From Candidatus Nomurabacteria bacterium (lineage in GTDB: Bacteria; Patescibacteriota; Minisyncoccia; Phycocordibacterales; UBA9973), in NCBI GenBank assembly GCA_023267195.1, contig JAHFNT010000003.1:10841-74840 (forward strand): DNA of 64,000 nucleotides. The letters are read 5' to 3'. The notes below the pieces were generated by a model, which worked only from the letters and a program-made list of their open reading frames with translations, was not told the DNA's origin and ran no database searches. The translations under genes and the position numbers were made by a program. This document shows positions 1 to 10,347 of this stretch, piece after piece (the first letter of the stretch is position 1; each line of letters starts with the position of its first letter).

Positions 1-10
1 AAGTAAAATT

Positions 11-1228
11 TTATTCTATACTGCCTAAAATGGAATACAGCGGTGAAATCATGGAAATCGCAAAAAAGCCGACTGCGCCGCCAATAATAATCATCAGCAC
101 AGGTTCAATAATTGTAGAAAGGTTTTTGGTTTTATTTTCCACTTCTTCTTCATAAAATGAAGCGACCTGTAGAAGCATATCTGATAATTTTCCGGTTTCT
201 TCTCCCACTTCAATCATCTCCGACATCATGATGGGATACAGTTTGGTATTTTCTTTGAAAGCCTCAGAAAAAGGAGCTCCCTTTTCTATGATTGTTCTAG
301 CGTTAACTAAAACCTTTTTATAATAAATATTTTGTACAACATCTTCAGTAATTTCGAGCGCTCTAGTAATGGAAACTCCCGACAAAAGAAGCGAGGAGAT
401 GGTGCGAGAAGTGCGCGCGGTATTCAATTCTTGCGCCAAATTGCCGATAATTGGGAATTTTATTATTGCAAAATCAATATATCTTGCCATGAATTTCGCG
501 GTAAAAATAAAATAAACACCAAGTCCAGCACAAATTACAATTACAAAAGTTAAGATCAGATTATTGGAAAAAAAGTTCCCAAAAAAGATGATGATCCTAG
601 TTGAAAGAGGCAAAGTAACTCCCAATTCTTTGAAAGTGGAAGCTAAGGTCGGCACCACAAAAGCAAACATCAAAACACCAATCACGATCATTGCCGAGAG
701 AATAACCCCTGGATAAATGAGCGCCCCGCGTATCTTCTTCGTTAAAGAATGGGATTTTTCCAAATTGAGCGCTATGTCAGACAGGGCGCCGGCCAGATTT
801 CCAGATTCTTCCCCAGCTTTTACCATCGACACGAAAAGTTTCGAAAAAACATTGGGAAATTTTGCTAGCGCGGAAGAAAAAGTGTCGCCTGCATTTATGT
901 CGTTCGACAGAGAGGTAAATATTTTATCCAATTTTGGATTTTTGGTCTGCTTTTTTAAAACTGACACTGCTCGATAAAGCGAAAGACCAGCTCTGATCAT
1001 GCCGCTTAAATTTTTGGTTAAAATAATTTGCTCCGCAACGCTTACCCTGGAAAAAATGTCCAGAAGGGTAGAAAATCTAGCAACAAAATCTTTATTTTTT
1101 TCCGTAATTGAAACAGGAACGTAGCCACGAGACCGAAGGTCACGCGCCAGGGAAATGCGATCTTTGGCTTCAAGCTCGCCCTCCGTCGTCTCCCCTGTTT
1201 TTAATTTTGCGCTGTAGGCAAAAAGCAT
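11..1228 (-). CDS. pilC: type IV pilus / T2SS inner-membrane platform protein PilC (GspF family)
   Basis: 405-aa ORF, polytopic membrane protein with duplicated GspF-type cytoplasmic domains; 13 nt downstream of PilB ATPase gene. Confidence 0.8.
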   Translation of the reverse strand: MLFAYSAKLKTGETTEGELEAKDRISLARDLRSRGYVPVSITEKNKDFVARFSTLLDIFSRVSVAEQIILTKNLSGMIRAGLSLYRAVSVLKKQTKNPKLDKIFTSLSNDINAGDTFSSALAKFPNVFSKLFVSMVKAGEESGNLAGALSDIALNLEKSHSLTKKIRGALIYPGVILSAMIVIGVLMFAFVVPTLASTFKELGVTLPLSTRIIIFFGNFFSNNLILTFVIVICAGLGVYFIFTAKFMARYIDFAIIKFPIIGNLAQELNTARTSRTISSLLLSGVSITRALEITEDVVQNIYYKKVLVNARTIIEKGAPFSEAFKENTKLYPIMMSEMIEVGEETGKLSDMLLQVASFYEEEVENKTKNLSTIIEPVLMIIIGGAVGFFAISMISPLYSILGSIE

Positions 1229-1241
1229 AATTAATTTTCGC

Positions 1242-3002
1242 TTATTCTGAAACTACTCGGAACACTTCTTCTAAAGTGGTCACGCCAAGCACCGCCTGGA
1301 AAACTCCGTCTTCAATCATCGTCATCATTCCCTCTTTTTTTGCCTGAATCTCTATTTCATCCTGCGAACTTCCGCCAATAATCATTTCTTTGATAGCGGG
1401 CGTCACTTTCAACACCTCATGCATGCCTATGCGATTTGAATAGCCATCTTCAAATTCAGTGCTTTTCTTTGCTTTATAAAATGGAATTTTCTCCCAAGTA
1501 TCATCGGCGCCGATTATATTTTCAGTTTTCAAAAATGAAAGTACGCGGTCTAAATCGACCACTTTACTGAGATTTTTTATTTCCGCCGGGGATAAAAAAT
1601 ACTTTTCCTTGGTGGGTGTGAGCTTGCGCACCAATCTTTGCGCAATAATTGTTTTTACGGTAGCAGTTATTAAAAAAGGTTCTACCCCCATATCGATCAT
1701 TCGGGGTATTGCCCCGGCGGCAGAGTTGGTATGAATCGTAGATAAAACCAAATGTCCGGTAAGCGAAGCATTGACCGCGAGCCCCGCTGTCTCTCCATCA
1801 CGAATCTCCCCCACCATTACAATATCCGGATCTTGGCGCAGTAAAGAACGAAGGCCGTTGGCAAAAGTGAGACCGATTTCTGGCTTGACCTGGGTTTGGT
1901 TAATTCTCGGCATTTGGTATTCAATCGGATCTTCCACAGTAGAAATATTTACTTCCGGCCTATTTAAAATATCAAGCATGGTATAGAGCGTAGTAGTCTT
2001 TCCACTGCCCGTTGGCCCGGTAGCCAAAATCATTCCAGTTTTTTGTTTTAGTGAATTATGGATTCTTTCTAGTCCCTCGCCATGGAAACCAAGCGTCTCT
2101 AGTGAAAATCCGTGCGAAGTTTCTTTTAAAATTCTGATAACCGTTTTTTCTCCAAAAAAGGTCGGTAGGGTGGAAACACGAAAAGAAATTTTCTCTCCGT
2201 TTTGCTCTATTTTAAACCTTCCATCTTGGGGCAATCTTTTTTCATCAAGTTTTAAGTTTGATAACACCTTTATACGAGCGGTGATTCCCAAACCTGCGCT
2301 TTTTTCCAACACCATCGCATCGTGCAATATGCCGTCTATCCGATAACGCACCGTGAGCTCATGTTCGCCTGGTTCAATATGGATATCAGACGCGTTTTGT
2401 AAAATCGCATGAAAAATTAAAGAGTCCACTATTTTTACCACCGGCAAATCCTCCGCCATCTCTTTTAATTCCGACTCAGATTTTTCTACTGGTTTATCGC
2501 CATCTTTTTTAGAAGAAACATCTATGGCATTTGATTCTTTTTGAATAATATCTTGGAATTCTGCTTTCAGACTTTGCCGATACTGCACCAATACGGCTTT
2601 AATAGAAGAATTATCGGTCAGACGCGGTAAAATTTTTAAGCCTGAACGTTTCTTGATAAAATCAATTACCGGCAAATCGTCTACATCTAGCATTGCCACC
2701 TCTAGACCATTTTCACTCTTTTTGTAGGCGACAATGTTGTAATTGCGAGCAATTGGTTCTGGAATAAGAGAAAGTACAGAAAAATCTATTTTTTGATTTT
2801 TTAAATCAATAAAAGGTATGCCAAGCACAAATGCCTCCATTCTTTTCAAGTCCGTCTCAGATATTTTCCCTTCTGAAAGCAAAACATTGCCGATCTTTTG
2901 CTTAGTATCTAGAGCCTTTTTGGCCACCTCTTCAAAATCTGTTTTAGATACAAGCCCTGCTTCTAAAATAAATTTTTTTAACTGATCCTCGTTGATTTGC
3001 AT
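1242..3002 (-). CDS. pilB: type IV pilus assembly ATPase PilB (GspE family)
   Basis: 586 aa; Walker A GPTGSGKTTT, GspE/PilB Asp/His boxes, N-terminal GSPII-type domain. Confidence 0.85.
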   Translation of the reverse strand: MQINEDQLKKFILEAGLVSKTDFEEVAKKALDTKQKIGNVLLSEGKISETDLKRMEAFVLGIPFIDLKNQKIDFSVLSLIPEPIARNYNIVAYKKSENGLEVAMLDVDDLPVIDFIKKRSGLKILPRLTDNSSIKAVLVQYRQSLKAEFQDIIQKESNAIDVSSKKDGDKPVEKSESELKEMAEDLPVVKIVDSLIFHAILQNASDIHIEPGEHELTVRYRIDGILHDAMVLEKSAGLGITARIKVLSNLKLDEKRLPQDGRFKIEQNGEKISFRVSTLPTFFGEKTVIRILKETSHGFSLETLGFHGEGLERIHNSLKQKTGMILATGPTGSGKTTTLYTMLDILNRPEVNISTVEDPIEYQMPRINQTQVKPEIGLTFANGLRSLLRQDPDIVMVGEIRDGETAGLAVNASLTGHLVLSTIHTNSAAGAIPRMIDMGVEPFLITATVKTIIAQRLVRKLTPTKEKYFLSPAEIKNLSKVVDLDRVLSFLKTENIIGADDTWEKIPFYKAKKSTEFEDGYSNRIGMHEVLKVTPAIKEMIIGGSSQDEIEIQAKKEGMMTMIEDGVFQAVLGVTTLEEVFRVVSE

Positions 3003-3076
3003 TGCTTATATTATAGCAAAAAATTCCCGCGAACGTTAGAGAGCGGGAATTTTTTGCTAACTTTTTTATTAATCTG

Positions 3077-6000
3077 CTAATCTTCTATAAAGATCGGTAT
3101 CTTTTTGAATTCCAAACACGATGCGCCTCCACAAGACCATGTCCAAGCGGAGACACCGCTCGCCGCATCACCATTGTAATTGCCTTTAGTACAATTATTG
3201 TGTTTCAGGGCGCAAACGCCTCCACCCCAAGTATTAAACTTGCAGGAAGTGCTACATCCAACTGGTTCAGAATCGCCATTTAAATCTCCATAATCACAAT
3301 CTTCACCCGATTCCACTATACCATTTCCACAAACACCATTTTTTAATTCAACGCACGAAGGAAAAGCATTTGATCCGCCATTTATACCATTGCAATCCCA
3401 AGTATAGTCAGTAGCACTTTCTCTGTTATTGACACTAGTACCAGATACGCAAGCCCAGTGGATAATATCACAAACGCCATCAATGGGAGTCGCTATGCAC
3501 TTGCCTGTACCCGGATCCCATTCGGTGCCAGATGCACAACTGGAGAACACATTACTTAAAGCAAGCTGAACTCCATCATTGTAGAGATAAAAAGTTTCAA
3601 AATTATACTTGACCGCAAAAGGAACATTTGTCCCATTATTACCAGTAGCTACAGTGACACTGGGGGCTTTAGTAACTTCTGAAGTGCCTACTGGATTAGT
3701 CGTAGTCCAGGAAAAATTTATATTGCAACTGCTTGCTCCGAGCGGAATCGTGCAGGAAGGAACGGCAGGAGTAAGCGTGCCGGACATGCTGACAGGAAGG
3801 TCTGTAACAATCACATCTGTCCAAGGTCCGCAGTTATTGCCTTCGTTTGATTCGGCAATTACTCCTTGGCTCGAGGAATCTGTTTTGTCGGCACATGCCC
3901 TAATAGGATATTTCCCATTAGTGGTAAAAGTATAAGTATAAGATTGGGTCGTCACATTACTTGCGCCAGCGCCGAGAGCTGGCATTGGTGTCGCAGGAAG
4001 ATCCTCAACATTTAAACCTCTATTAGTAATCGGTATCTGAACCTGAAAGAAATTGGAGAAACTTTGGCCAGTCGAGGTGTCACCAAGGTTAGAAATAGTC
4101 GAAGAATATATTTGAGGCACACCCACCGTAGCTGTAGTTGGAGTTGTTGCGGAGGCGGTAAGATCTATCCCCGGAGGTAAAGCCGCAGCAACATTCACCG
4201 CTGTCCAGGAAGATGAGCAGTTGTTTCCTTCATTCGATTCAGTCACTGTGCCGACAAATGAAGCATTGTTGTCAGCGCAGGCTCGCATGTATTTGGTACC
4301 GACAGAAGTAAAGGTGTGAGGAGTTGAAATCACTACACTGCCGCCGGATGCGGACAAGGTACTAGTAGTTTGAACAATACTTGTTGTTTCGTTGCCACTA
4401 GCATGATTAGCATCTTCGTCAAACTGGTATAAATGCGTGATTGTTCCGGTTGCCGAGGTAGTGCCAATATTGGAAATTGTGGCGGTATAATTTTGAGCGA
4501 CATTAACAACCCCGGTGTTAGGAGAAGTGACGGAAGCAGTGAGGTCGGGGGCAAGTGGCGCTGTGACCGTTACTGTTGCACTAGAAGGACCCCCAGTACC
4601 ATTAGTATTTGTACAAGTCATTGTATAGGTGTAAGTCTTTATTTGTGTAAGCACCCCTTGAGAAATATTTGTTCCACTCACCGCATCGCCATTAGTATTT
4701 GTCCAATCTCCTCCGGTAAATGCACAAGAGGTTGGGTTGTTGGTAGCCGACCAAGTAAGCGCCGGGTTGACCACATTCACCACTCCAGAAGCCGGGTTAG
4801 CTGAAATAGTCACCACCGGCACGGGAACGGTTGTGACCACAATTGGCGTCCAAGCATAACAATTATTATTTTCATTAAACTCATTAACTACACCAAAATC
4901 GTACGGTGGTAAATCCGCGCAGACACGTAGGTAGTAAGTGCCAGCCGAGGAGAAAGTAAGCGATTTAAATATGGTAGTTGAATTTGGGACAGAACCATAT
5001 GGATCCCCGAGAGCTGGCGTTGCTACTGAATAGTTTGTAGGGTTGCTACCGCTTGCAGAACTGGAGACCTGGAAAAGAGAAGTGGAAGCGCTAGCAGAAA
5101 CTTCCCCATTATTTTTAATCGAGGCAAAATAATTTTGGGCTACATTTACGGTTGCGGTAGTTGGAGAAAGCGAAAGAACAGTTAGATCCGGCAGGAGACA
5201 AAACGGCGGAGCAGTAGCTGAGGCTTGAGCAGAATTTGGAGAAGTTCCAACAGTGTTTACCGCTTGCACCACGTAATAATAGCCAGTACTTGGAGTCAGG
5301 GAATTGCTGTCAGTGTAGGAAGTGCCAACGATACCACTAGCAAGCAAGGTATAACCGCTACCAGAAGTGGTACTGCGAAGCACTTTGTAACTTTCTGCTC
5401 CTGTCGATGCATTCCAGGATAAGTTAATCATACCAGTTCCACAACTTCCTGCAGAAGCAGAAAGATTGGTCGGCGCTAACGGCGCAGTACCGGACACTGC
5501 TACATCTCTCCAGTCTGAACAATTATTATTTTCGTTCGTTTCACTAACTACTCCACTTGAAGCAGAATTTGTTTTGTCGGCACAAACACGAACATAAAAT
5601 GTTCCCGGATAATCAGCAGTTATGGCAGGAGAAACTGCAGCAGTTGTGCCCCCGGCCGCAAGTGCACTGACAGTACTTGATGGAAGATCATTTAGAGTTC
5701 CCCCGCCATTCGGCTCAGTGGATGTCTGGAAAAAATAGGAGAAGGAAGCATTAGTAGATTCGTTGCCAACATTTGAAATTGTTGAATTGTATGTTTGAGG
5801 AACTCCCACCTGCGCCGTAGCTGGAGTAGGTAAAGAAGCAGTTAGATCCGGACCAGTTGGCGGAGAGGCAACCACGTACGCGCTTCCCGCAGGGCCAGCG
5901 CCGCTAATATTTGAACAAGTTAAGGTGTAGGTGTATGTTCCGGCTGATGGCAATACTCCTTGAGATACGCTTGAACCACTGACTGGTTTTGAACCGTTCC

Positions 6001-9000
6001 AATCACCCGAGGCGGTACAGGAACTAGGATTATTGGTCGCACTCCAAGTGATAGCTGGGTTAATACTCCCTGTTGTACCAGTACTAGGGGTGGCTGAAAT
6101 AGTTACTATCGGTACAGGAATCGTGGCCACCACCATTGCAGTCGCTTCTGCGCTATCTCCGCCAGCGTTGGAACAAACTAAACTATAGTTATATATTTTT
6201 TGTATTGGGAGTACTCCTTGCGACACACTAGTACCACTAACTGCTCCTCCGTTGGTATTGGTCCAGTTCCCAGAAAAAGTACAGGAGGTCGGATTGTTTG
6301 TAGCGCTCCAGGTTATAGCTGGGTTAATAGTTTGTGCTGGACCAGAAGCTGGAGAAACAGAAATAGTTACTACTGGTACAGGAGGAAGGGGTGGCTGACA
6401 CATACCTCCAATCCAACTTGTTCCTGATACACAAGTTGCGTAAGCTGTAGCGCTGGCTAGCGTTTCGCCATTGTTATTTAAAAAGAAATCTCTTAGACCG
6501 AAAGATGTTTGAACGGGATAGAAAGTTACTGGAATAGATACAGTGCCAGAATTGCCATTCCCAACTACAGTATTTGGGTTTTCCCTGTTTGAAGTGACAT
6601 TCGAAATACCAACTGGGTTTGTCGTATTCCAAGCCAAAGTCGTATTACAAGAACTAGCGCCGGAGGCAATTGTGCAGTTTGAAGCGGTCAAACTTCCGGA
6701 CATAACAGGCTTATCTTCGGAACATGAGGGAGAGGTATTGGACCCACCATTTTCGCCATTACAATTCCACAGATATTGTGTCGCGGAGTCTGGAATATCA
6801 CTTAAAATTCCTGCCTGACAAGCATTCACACTGACTCCACAGACGCCATTTACTGGACTACCTGGTGTGGTTTGACACATATTTTTTACTGCATTCCAAG
6901 TCGTACCCGAAGCGCAATTGGCGCTGACAATTGTTGTAGCTAGGGTACTTGAGTTATTAACCAAGCTGCAATTAACTGTGGGACTACTGTGAGAAATAGT
7001 TATAGACTGTGAACCAGAATTGGCGGTTATTGAACTAGGCGTAGCCCCCGGACAGGAAACAGTGGAAGTGCCAACCGGATAACTTGTATTCCAAGTCAAA
7101 GTTGAAGTACAAGAGTTTGCCCCAGAATTAATAGAACAGTTGGCGGGTGAAGCACTCAAGGTTCCGGATGTGAAGTTTTCTTGAACAAAGCTTGCCAGAA
7201 CTGCACATTCGGCATTAATAGGCCCAGTAGTATAAGTATTGCCAGCAAGAGAACCCCCGCAACCTGAAACCAAAGAAGTATATCCGGTATTGGGAGTAAC
7301 GGTAAAGGTTGTCGTGTTGCCCGCCGTCACCGTCCTAGAAGCAGGTGAAATAGATCCATTGGGACCGGCTGTGGCGGCGACACTATATGAGATCGAAGAT
7401 TTTGGCGCAGTGCAGGAAACACTTACTCCTCCATTTGACCCGTTGCAATCCCATCTATATTGGGTTGAAGTATCGCCAGTAGTACCACTGCTGGTACCCG
7501 CATCACAAGTGTAAGCAACCGCTGGGACTGAACAAGCGCCATTTATTGGGGAAGATGACGTCGCGCAAATTGTTCCATTCCAAAAAGTACCCGTATCACA
7601 GGAAGAAGTAACAGTTATACCGGCACCATTTGGCGATGTTGGAACAAGTGATTTGGCGTTGTTGTATAAATAAAAAGTTCTACTGCTGTAAGGAACAGTT
7701 AAAGTTTGACTGCCTGATGTGCCAGATAAATTTATATTTGACATTCCAGTTGCAGTGATAGCTGAACTTGCTGATTCTGGACTTGCCACACTCCAAGTTG
7801 AACCGACAGTACAACTACTCTGCCCTAAGGCGATGGTGCAAGAAGAAGATGCAGGAACAAGAGTACCGGTCATAGAAGGACATGGACTGGTAGTAAATGT
7901 TACATCTGTTCCAGCTCCAGTACCCACGCTGTTTACGGCATACGCGCGAAAATGATAAGCGGTATTGCATGTCAACCCGCTTACGTTTTGTGTAAAGTTT
8001 CCTGTTCCAAAACTTCCAGACTGAGGATAAGGACTTCCATAACTCGTACTGGTACCAAAATCAAAACCTCTTTGAGTTGCATTTACTCCTCCAGTATTTG
8101 TTATATTTCCATTTAGAGCGGCAGAAGTTTGAGTTACATTTGTAGCTGAGTTGGTGGTGACAGAGGGATCTATGATCGAGGATGATGTAAACGAAAAAGA
8201 AATATTACAGTCTTGGGTAATAGCCCCTGTGGTATATACACTACCAGATGTAAATGATCCTTTAATTGGACAGTAGTCCTGCACAATACTAGACAATGAT
8301 GAATTAACGCTAAAGAATGTGGTATCCCCATACACTACTGATCTAGATCCTGGAGATACTGTACCACCAGACCCATAACTTGCAGTAACAGTATGCGGTT
8401 GGACAGTATACACAGGACTAGAACAACTAGCTGAATTGCCAGCTAGATCTGTAATAGTAACACTACAAGAACTTCCAGCTGAAGCTGTACAAGTTCCACC
8501 GGCTACGTTTATGCCACTCTGCCCGCTAATACCACTGGCAGGCGCATCGGTTGCGCCGGAAAGTGTGTATGTAGGCCCTGATCCACTCCAATTTGCACTG
8601 CTAGGACTAGGACAAATAGGATCAAGCGTATCTATTCTATTCACCGGACTTTGACATGTAGTAAAATTTTGGGTTACTGATGGACAAGGAGTGAAGTATT
8701 GATAACTGGTAGTATCAATACAAGAGGCAGTACATGTAGCGTCATTAGAAGTACCAGTAGTACAACTACTTGTATGGTTAAGCGTACTGCTCCCATCGGT
8801 ATAACTTTGATTTAAAGTAAAATATTGAGAGCTCGCAGTTGTTTTCCAAGGAATAGGAGAAGCTGGGGTCCAAGTGGCTGGGTATGCAACACATTCTGCA
8901 TTAGTAGTTGGCTGTAAAGAAATAGTAACAGTTTTAGTGGGGCCATCGTAAGGGTCTGGTTGACAATTTTGCGCGATAAAGACAGCAATTTGCGCATTGG

Positions 9001-9316
9001 TGGTTATCGGGCTTGTGGTATAAGTTCTCCCGGTCGCATTTGGCCCAACATAATTATTTGATCCGCCAGGATAAGTAATATTATTCTGCGATCCTGGCTC
9101 CGCAACTGTGTATACCGTAAAAGTAAGCGTGTTTCCGGAAGCAACTTGCACTGAGCTATCTGTTGTATAATTATTTCCGTTGATGCTGAATGTTACGCCT
9201 GGGTCACCCACCGCACTACAGAGCGCAATTGCTTGTGCTCTATTAGAATTAAAATTAAAAACTCCAGTTAGAATAAAAATCAAAAAGAAGATAATTCTTA
9301 AAAATTTATTTTTCAT
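3077..9316 (-). CDS. giant secreted modular cell-surface protein (Ig-like, CARDB-like, Fn3-like and Cys-containing tandem modules)
   Basis: ORF 3077..9358 begins with TTG; an in-frame ATG at 9316 preceded by GGAG gives a classic signal peptide MKNKFLRIIFFLIFILTGVFNFNSNRAQA. Ser/Thr/Gly-rich. Four copies of a ~100-aa module (SGTL..C.I..G.SSC...W.T..PVG ... C.SGT.W....C), each followed by a QY.W.CNG.NGG...SC module. Three Ig-like repeats (VTISA.P..G..NPA.TWSATNNP.SC). Four CARDB-like repeats ending CAD......G.V.ESNE.NNC. One Fn3-like domain (SYKVLRSTTSGSGYTLL...YYYVVQAVNTVG). Confidence 0.75.
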   Translation of the reverse strand: MKNKFLRIIFFLIFILTGVFNFNSNRAQAIALCSAVGDPGVTFSINGNNYTTDSSVQVASGNTLTFTVYTVAEPGSQNNITYPGGSNNYVGPNATGRTYTTSPITTNAQIAVFIAQNCQPDPYDGPTKTVTISLQPTTNAECVAYPATWTPASPIPWKTTASSQYFTLNQSYTDGSSTLNHTSSCTTGTSNDATCTASCIDTTSYQYFTPCPSVTQNFTTCQSPVNRIDTLDPICPSPSSANWSGSGPTYTLSGATDAPASGISGQSGINVAGGTCTASAGSSCSVTITDLAGNSASCSSPVYTVQPHTVTASYGSGGTVSPGSRSVVYGDTTFFSVNSSLSSIVQDYCPIKGSFTSGSVYTTGAITQDCNISFSFTSSSIIDPSVTTNSATNVTQTSAALNGNITNTGGVNATQRGFDFGTSTSYGSPYPQSGSFGTGNFTQNVSGLTCNTAYHFRAYAVNSVGTGAGTDVTFTTSPCPSMTGTLVPASSSCTIALGQSSCTVGSTWSVASPESASSAITATGMSNINLSGTSGSQTLTVPYSSRTFYLYNNAKSLVPTSPNGAGITVTSSCDTGTFWNGTICATSSSPINGACSVPAVAYTCDAGTSSGTTGDTSTQYRWDCNGSNGGVSVSCTAPKSSISYSVAATAGPNGSISPASRTVTAGNTTTFTVTPNTGYTSLVSGCGGSLAGNTYTTGPINAECAVLASFVQENFTSGTLSASPANCSINSGANSCTSTLTWNTSYPVGTSTVSCPGATPSSITANSGSQSITISHSSPTVNCSLVNNSSTLATTIVSANCASGTTWNAVKNMCQTTPGSPVNGVCGVSVNACQAGILSDIPDSATQYLWNCNGENGGSNTSPSCSEDKPVMSGSLTASNCTIASGASSCNTTLAWNTTNPVGISNVTSNRENPNTVVGNGNSGTVSIPVTFYPVQTSFGLRDFFLNNNGETLASATAYATCVSGTSWIGGMCQPPLPPVPVVTISVSPASGPAQTINPAITWSATNNPTSCTFSGNWTNTNGGAVSGTSVSQGVLPIQKIYNYSLVCSNAGGDSAEATAMVVATIPVPIVTISATPSTGTTGSINPAITWSATNNPSSCTASGDWNGSKPVSGSSVSQGVLPSAGTYTYTLTCSNISGAGPAGSAYVVASPPTGPDLTASLPTPATAQVGVPQTYNSTISNVGNESTNASFSYFFQTSTEPNGGGTLNDLPSSTVSALAAGGTTAAVSPAITADYPGTFYVRVCADKTNSASSGVVSETNENNNCSDWRDVAVSGTAPLAPTNLSASAGSCGTGMINLSWNASTGAESYKVLRSTTSGSGYTLLASGIVGTSYTDSNSLTPSTGYYYVVQAVNTVGTSPNSAQASATAPPFCLLPDLTVLSLSPTTATVNVAQNYFASIKNNGEVSASASTSLFQVSSSASGSNPTNYSVATPALGDPYGSVPNSTTIFKSLTFSSAGTYYLRVCADLPPYDFGVVNEFNENNNCYAWTPIVVTTVPVPVVTISANPASGVVNVVNPALTWSATNNPTSCAFTGGDWTNTNGDAVSGTNISQGVLTQIKTYTYTMTCTNTNGTGGPSSATVTVTAPLAPDLTASVTSPNTGVVNVAQNYTATISNIGTTSATGTITHLYQFDEDANHASGNETTSIVQTTSTLSASGGSVVISTPHTFTSVGTKYMRACADNNASFVGTVTESNEGNNCSSSWTAVNVAAALPPGIDLTASATTPTTATVGVPQIYSSTISNLGDTSTGQSFSNFFQVQIPITNRGLNVEDLPATPMPALGAGASNVTTQSYTYTFTTNGKYPIRACADKTDSSSQGVIAESNEGNNCGPWTDVIVTDLPVSMSGTLTPAVPSCTIPLGASSCNINFSWTTTNPVGTSEVTKAPSVTVATGNNGTNVPFAVKYNFETFYLYNDGVQLALSNVFSSCASGTEWDPGTGKCIATPIDGVCDIIHWACVSGTSVNNRESATDYTWDCNGINGGSNAFPSCVELKNGVCGNGIVESGEDCDYGDLNGDSEPVGCSTSCKFNTWGGGVCALKHNNCTKGNYNGDAASGVSAWTWSCGGASCLEFKKIPIFIED

Positions 9317-9441
9317 ATTTATTTTTTCTCCGCTCCCATGGTTTAATAATACTTTCAATTGTACTACAAAAAATGTAAAAAGTTATCTAAAAAGTTATCC
9401 ACATAATTTAAAAAATTTAAAATTATAAATTTAGGCAAATT

Positions 9442-9484
9442 AAAACGAGAAAGCGGCGTGGCCTCCAGAGGAAGCTCGCCGCTC
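9442..9484 (-). terminator. rho-independent terminator of the GC-rich cassette gene (minus strand)
   Basis: reverse strand reads AGCGGCG-loop-CGCCGCT followed by TTCTCGTTTT directly after the stop at 9568. Confidence 0.45.
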
Positions 9485-9567
9485 TCTCAACCGCGCGATT
9501 GTGCGCAGTCGAGTGATGTGAGGGGGAAGAAGGGCCCCCTCGATCCCTTGCTCTAACCTATCAGGGG

Positions 9568-10347
9568 CTAGTTAGTGGGTGGCCGATAAACGGCCACCAC
9601 CCGGCTGGAGCAACGACCTCCTTCGCAGTAGGTCATGACCCAGTCGTTGTTAGGAAGGCTCCCCATGGAGATCTTCCCGTTGACGATTGGGACTTTGTTC
9701 CCCCCGAGAGTTACCACGGGGGGGGTCACCGAGACCGTCGGTACAGAGACGTTGATTTCGGACCCGTCCTCAGAGGGCCAGGCCCGAACGAACGGCCCAC
9801 ACGCGGGGGCCGCCGCCATCCGCACAGGCACCTCGGCAGACACGAACGAAACAGCACCAGTGGTCCCGTCAGTGATCACCGCCTCGAAAGCCGTAACCCC
9901 AACCGGCCAGGGGTCAGGGAACTTGGAACCCCAGAGCTGGGACCACCAGGTCCCACCACCCGAACCCGCCGGCACAGTGAAGCTGTTAAGCGGGATTGTT
10001 GCCCTCGAGGGCAGCACGATGTTGAAAAGGATCGTGCTTCCCTCGGGAAGCGGGTCGAACTGGTAGAAGTTCACGTGGGTTATCCGGGCGAATCCCGGGG
10101 GACCCACGAAAGAGACCTCGATTGTGGCGTTAGCCGGCGTCATCGCCGGCTCTGCAGCCCTGATCGAGGACCGAGAGCCGATATGAGTGGTGATGATGCC
10201 ACTCGTACCGTCGGTCAGCATGTCACCGGCGAAGTCTTCTGTGCCCGAAGGCACCAACTCAGCCAGCGACCGCCGAGGAGCCGTGGGCTGCGTGGCGTCC
10301 ACAGAGGACGCCAGCAGAAAGAAGAGGGTAACGAGAGTGGCGCGCAT
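9568..10347 (-). CDS. hypothetical secreted protein encoded in a GC-rich (~60%) cassette
   Basis: 259 aa; signal peptide MRATLVTLFFLLASSVDA; strong SD AAGGAGGG 7 nt before ATG; codon usage/GC clearly unlike flanking genes; several long shadow ORFs on both strands typical of GC-rich DNA. Confidence 0.55.
   Translation of the reverse strand: MRATLVTLFFLLASSVDATQPTAPRRSLAELVPSGTEDFAGDMLTDGTSGIITTHIGSRSSIRAAEPAMTPANATIEVSFVGPPGFARITHVNFYQFDPLPEGSTILFNIVLPSRATIPLNSFTVPAGSGGGTWWSQLWGSKFPDPWPVGVTAFEAVITDGTTGAVSFVSAEVPVRMAAAPACGPFVRAWPSEDGSEINVSVPTVSVTPPVVTLGGNKVPIVNGKISMGSLPNNDWVMTYCEGGRCSSRVVAVYRPPTN

Noticed and set aside
3609-8997. Antisense and off-frame ORFs within the giant surface-protein gene (e.g. 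3609..3935, 4433..4804, 6543..6818, 7239..7514)
   Set aside because: They lie entirely inside a 6.2-kb repetitive Ser/Thr/Gly-rich gene whose antisense is naturally open.
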